The translations under genes were made by a program, and so were the position numbers. 42,128 nucleotides of DNA from Patescibacteria group bacterium (GTDB lineage: Bacteria; Patescibacteriota; Microgenomatia; UBA8517): the NCBI GenBank assembly GCA_035256745.1, contig DATEXQ010000062.1, positions 1 through 42,128 on the forward strand. The letters are read 5' to 3'. Shown one piece after another: positions 41,725-42,128 of the stretch (within the stretch, counting starts at the first letter, position 1; every line of letters starts with the position of its first letter). The notes below the pieces were generated by a model, which was given only the letters and a program-made list of their open reading frames with translations, did not search any database and was not told the origin of the DNA.

Positions 41725-41919
41725 TCAAGGATTTTCACTGGTTTCCCCCAATACTGCAGTATCCGATTTGGTGGAAAATGCGGTAGAAGAATACTTGTGC
41801 ATTTTGGTAAAAAAGAAAGCTAAACTTAGAGCAAAAATAACCGCAGGGATAATAAGAAGAAATATACTTATATCTTTTTTTATTTCGCTTTTGCGAATAT
41901 GAAGAAACTCTTCGGGCAT
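41725..41919 (-). CDS. Small single-TM hypothetical protein
   Basis: 64 aa with one central TM segment (ISIFLLIIPAVIFALSLAFFF). Confidence 0.4.
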   Translation of the reverse strand: MPEEFLHIRKSEIKKDISIFLLIIPAVIFALSLAFFFTKMHKYSSTAFSTKSDTAVLGETSENP

Positions 41920-41973
41920 TAAAAATAATTATACACTGTTATATATTCTTAATTTAGACCGAAATTTCCCAAA

Positions 41974-42061
41974 TGGTGCAGGTGAGAGGACTCGAACCTC
42001 AACTCCCTATAAGGGAACATGGTCCTAAACCATGCGCGTCTACCAATTCCGCCACACCTGC
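41974..42061 (-). tRNA. tRNA-Leu (anticodon UAG), type II with a long variable arm and an encoded CCA
   Basis: GCAGGTG/CACCTGC acceptor, GGTAGACGC D-arm, anticodon loop TTTAGGA, variable arm TCCC-TTATA-GGGA, T-loop TTCGAGT, 3' ACCA. Confidence 0.9.
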
Positions 42062-42128
42062 ATGTATATGGTTTCTAATAGACATATTATACTCTTTGTT
42101 ATAGAGAGTATTCCAAAGGTAGAGGGTC

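Noticed and set aside
1-42128. Looked for CRISPR arrays, IS elements, transposases, integrases, rRNA genes, and island boundaries at the three tRNA genes.
   Set aside because: I saw no spaced identical repeats, no recombinase or transposase-like ORFs, no rRNA-like stretches, and no tRNA 3'-end duplications near the tRNA genes.

Overview
This is an AT-rich, tightly packed bacterial window that reads with the standard genetic code. Intergenic gaps are short, several housekeeping proteins lack domains, and there is no secretin gene. Together this suggests a small-genome, monoderm-like (Patescibacteria/CPR-type) organism, but the lineage call is inference only.

Layout:
- 1-14006 (+): a complete secretin-less type IV pilus locus. 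The order is pilB (5' truncated), pilT, pilC, candidate major pilin, pilD, 11 further pilin-like genes, then pilM, pilN and pilO.
- 14003-21241 (-): KH protein, rpsP, rnc, an ACP-like protein, nusB, rpmF (a small ORF missing from the track), recG, tyrS and a long RelA/SpoT homolog.
- 21342-25371 (+): trpS, a class A PBP and an orphan ORF.
- 25423-31424 (-): the classic thrS-infC-rpmI-rplT / pheS-pheT cluster.
- 31481-42061: a GDP-mannose-3,5-epimerase-like SDR, tRNA-Ala(GGC), tRNA-Val(GAC), a coiled-coil hypothetical and a short trigger factor. After these come a small accessory block (holin-IV-like, nuclease-like, alpha/beta hydrolase, methyltransferase, cupin) and a lytic-transglycosylase-like protein. 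The window ends with a small ORF coupled to a Y-family polymerase, DUF192, three small envelope ORFs and tRNA-Leu(UAG).

I saw no rRNA, CRISPR array, transposase, integrase or recognisable defence system.

Most notable observations:
- Two tandem pilins, plus a third with a different module, end in linker-tethered six-cysteine mini-domains. Two of them have the C-C-CC-C-C knottin/conotoxin-type spacing.
- The rplT-pheS gap holds a three-segment alternative-hairpin element with a 15-codon Phe-containing leader ORF, which looks like a pheST attenuator.
- The RSH protein has intact hydrolase motifs but degraded synthetase motifs.
- An ACP-like protein lacks the phosphopantetheine-attachment serine.
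- A small ORF is translationally coupled to the Y-family polymerase.

All functional calls come from motif recognition by eye; no searches were run.
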